Notes under the pieces: model-generated
Seen by the model: only the letters and a program-made list of their open reading frames with translations
Told to the model about the DNA's origin: nothing
Database searches by the model: none
Shown: in pieces, positions 62,424 through 64,000 of the stretch
Layout: each line of letters begins with the position of its first letter
How positions within the stretch are numbered: position 1 is the stretch's first letter
Translations under genes and position numbers: made by a program
Assembly (NCBI GenBank): GCA_016717305.1
Contig: JADKFY010000041.1
Span: 878-64,877, forward strand
Reading direction: 5' to 3'
Source: Flavobacteriales bacterium
GTDB lineage: Bacteria; Bacteroidota; Bacteroidia; Flavobacteriales_F; PHOS-HE28
Length of the DNA: 64,000 bases

Positions 62424-63203
62424 CTACTGGTGCGATGGACCTTGGAACAGATAGTTGAGCTTAGGTTCGAACGCACGTTCTTGTTGCTCTCTTGCGTGCA
62501 GGAATTTCACGGTATTGAAGAACTTGTAGTACATGCTGCGGAAGAACTCGGTGCGCTCCACGCCACCGGCCTTCAGGGCTTTTTGGTGCCCGAACCAGAT
62601 CGCGTGGATGGTGCCGAAGAATAGAACGGAGTAGAGGAGGAGTGAAAGCGCTTTGTTGTAAAAGCCCTTCTCTTGGAAGATCATCCACAGCCGCTCGTTC
62701 TGGAACTTGATATGGTGCGCCTCATCGATCAGGATGTCCTTGCAAATGGATCGTAACAATGGACATTCCGTCGCATCGTGCAGCGCTTGGTAGAAGACCT
62801 GTGCTGCACTTTCAACAATGATCACGGCGATGGTCCAGAGTTCCATGCTTGTATTCAGGTACCTCACTTTTCTGAACAGTGTGTCACCCCAATCCTTTTG
62901 TACACGTTGTTCATTGATCCGGTCGATGTAGGCACCTAGATTCCGTCCGTGCTTCTGTTCTTCCTTAATGAAGAGCTTCACCGCTTCCACGTAGTCAGGA
63001 TCACCGATCCGGGTGGCGTACCTGCGGGCTGCAGCCAACAGATGGTGTCCATCACTGGTCTCACCCAATTGCCATGCCTTGAGCGAATAAAGGATGGCTG
63101 CCCTTTCCGGTGAGGTGAGTCGCGGTTCCACATCATGGTCTACGCGTTGTATCTTAAGGTTGTGCTGGAAATGCTGCTTCCAGAATGCCGAGGAATGGAT
63201 CAT
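62424..63203 (-). CDS. Ferritin-like di-iron carboxylate protein (function unknown)
   Basis: ExxH motifs (KEEQKHG, IDEAHH) in a predicted four-helix bundle. 259-266 aa. Confidence 0.5.
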   Translation of the reverse strand: MIHSSAFWKQHFQHNLKIQRVDHDVEPRLTSPERAAILYSLKAWQLGETSDGHHLLAAARRYATRIGDPDYVEAVKLFIKEEQKHGRNLGAYIDRINEQRVQKDWGDTLFRKVRYLNTSMELWTIAVIIVESAAQVFYQALHDATECPLLRSICKDILIDEAHHIKFQNERLWMIFQEKGFYNKALSLLLYSVLFFGTIHAIWFGHQKALKAGGVERTEFFRSMYYKFFNTVKFLHAREQQERAFEPKLNYLFQGPSHQ

Positions 63204-63353
63204 GTGGTCGGGTGGTTTGTTCAATGACGATCAACTCGCCCATCGATAGCTGTATTGTACCTCGAGCCGAAGCTTTAACCTTCTTTCACGCGTCTATCCT
63301 TAGCGTATTCCTTCATGTCCGGTGGATCTTTCCGAACTTCGACCAGAACAACG

Positions 63354-63725
63354 ATGGCCCAATTCCCAATCCTCGAAGAACGGATCAACAAGGCGCTCCT
63401 CGTCGAAGAAATTGTTGCCGAGCCCAAGAAGATGTTCGGTGGCGTGGCCTTTATGGTGAATGGTCACATGTGCGTTGGTATCACCAACAAAGACGATTTC
63501 ATGGTACGTGCAGCACCCGGTCGATATGATGCGTTGTTGGAAGAACCCGGCGTGCGCGTGATGGAGTTCACCGGAAGACCGATGAAAGGGTTCCTATTCG
63601 TGGAACCCGAAGTGGTGAATGATCAGAAGGGCCTGGCCAAATGGGTCCGGATGTCCTTGGATCATGTGCGAACCCTTCCCCCAAAAGTGGCCAAAAAGGC
63701 TGCCGCAAGGAAGAAGAAGGGTTGA
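63354..63725 (+). CDS. TfoX/Sxy N-terminal domain-containing protein
   Basis: …KKMFGGVAFMVNGHMCVGITNKDDFMVR… typical of the TfoX_N family. Lys-rich C-terminal tail. Confidence 0.6.
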   Translation: MAQFPILEERINKALLVEEIVAEPKKMFGGVAFMVNGHMCVGITNKDDFMVRAAPGRYDALLEEPGVRVMEFTGRPMKGFLFVEPEVVNDQKGLAKWVRMSLDHVRTLPPKVAKKAAARKKKG

Positions 63726-63749
63726 GTCCATCGTACTTTGCAGGACCGC

Positions 63750-64000
63750 ATGGAGCAGTTCGAAGTTGAGATCAAGAGCACCGCATTTGTCACTCCGGAC
63801 GTGAAACGATTCGAACTCACGCGGCCCAAAGGATTCCGTTTCAAACCTGGCCAAGCGGCCATGGTAGCGATCGATAAGGATGGTTGGCGCGATAAATGGC
63901 GACCACTGACCTTCACCTCCTTGACCACCGCGCGATCCTTGGAACTTGTGGTAAAGATCTATGATGCACACGGCGGAGTTACCCAACAAATGGGCCTGCT
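63750..64000 (+). CDS. Ferredoxin-NADP reductase-like oxidoreductase, N-terminal FAD-binding beta-barrel (3' end outside window)
   Basis: MEQFEVEIKSTAFVTPDVKRFELTRPKGFRFKPGQAAMVAIDKDGWRDKWRPLTFTS… with the RxYS/T-like FAD-binding pattern (RPLTFTS). Confidence 0.5.
   Translation, partial: MEQFEVEIKSTAFVTPDVKRFELTRPKGFRFKPGQAAMVAIDKDGWRDKWRPLTFTSLTTARSLELVVKIYDAHGGVTQQMGL

Overview
A 64-kb chromosomal segment from a Bacteroidota genome with a type IX secretion system (T9SS), about 55% GC with a higher-GC stretch around 16-22.5 kb. Housekeeping genes (uvrA, nth, truA, ABC exporters, slyD, fused pyruvate-dehydrogenase-type E1, methylmalonyl-CoA mutase) sit beside an unusually rich accessory load. 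That load comprises a reductive pyrimidine-catabolism cluster (CN-hydrolase / preT / preA / yeast-type cytosine deaminase); three toxin-antitoxin modules (HipBA, AbiEi/AbiEii fused onto nth, ParDE-like); and a REP-associated tyrosine transposase (RayT) with a 27-nt REP-like palindrome present in three copies, two of them inserted in-frame inside coding sequences (rayT itself and the E1 alpha/beta linker). It also includes two tandem ~1150-aa SBBP/PKD proteins and a third protein with gliding-motility-type C-terminal domains (T9SS type B); two CRTAC1-like FG-GAP/ASPIC proteins; and several putative metal-binding secreted proteins or lipoproteins. An LtaS-like transferase operon sits with a soluble DAG-kinase-like enzyme. 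At least seven genes are interrupted by frameshifts (preT about five times; MCM, a PAP2/haloperoxidase-like gene, a porin-like gene, ParE, a CotH-like remnant). This indicates either real gene decay or indel-type assembly errors. No rRNA, tRNA or CRISPR array was recognised.
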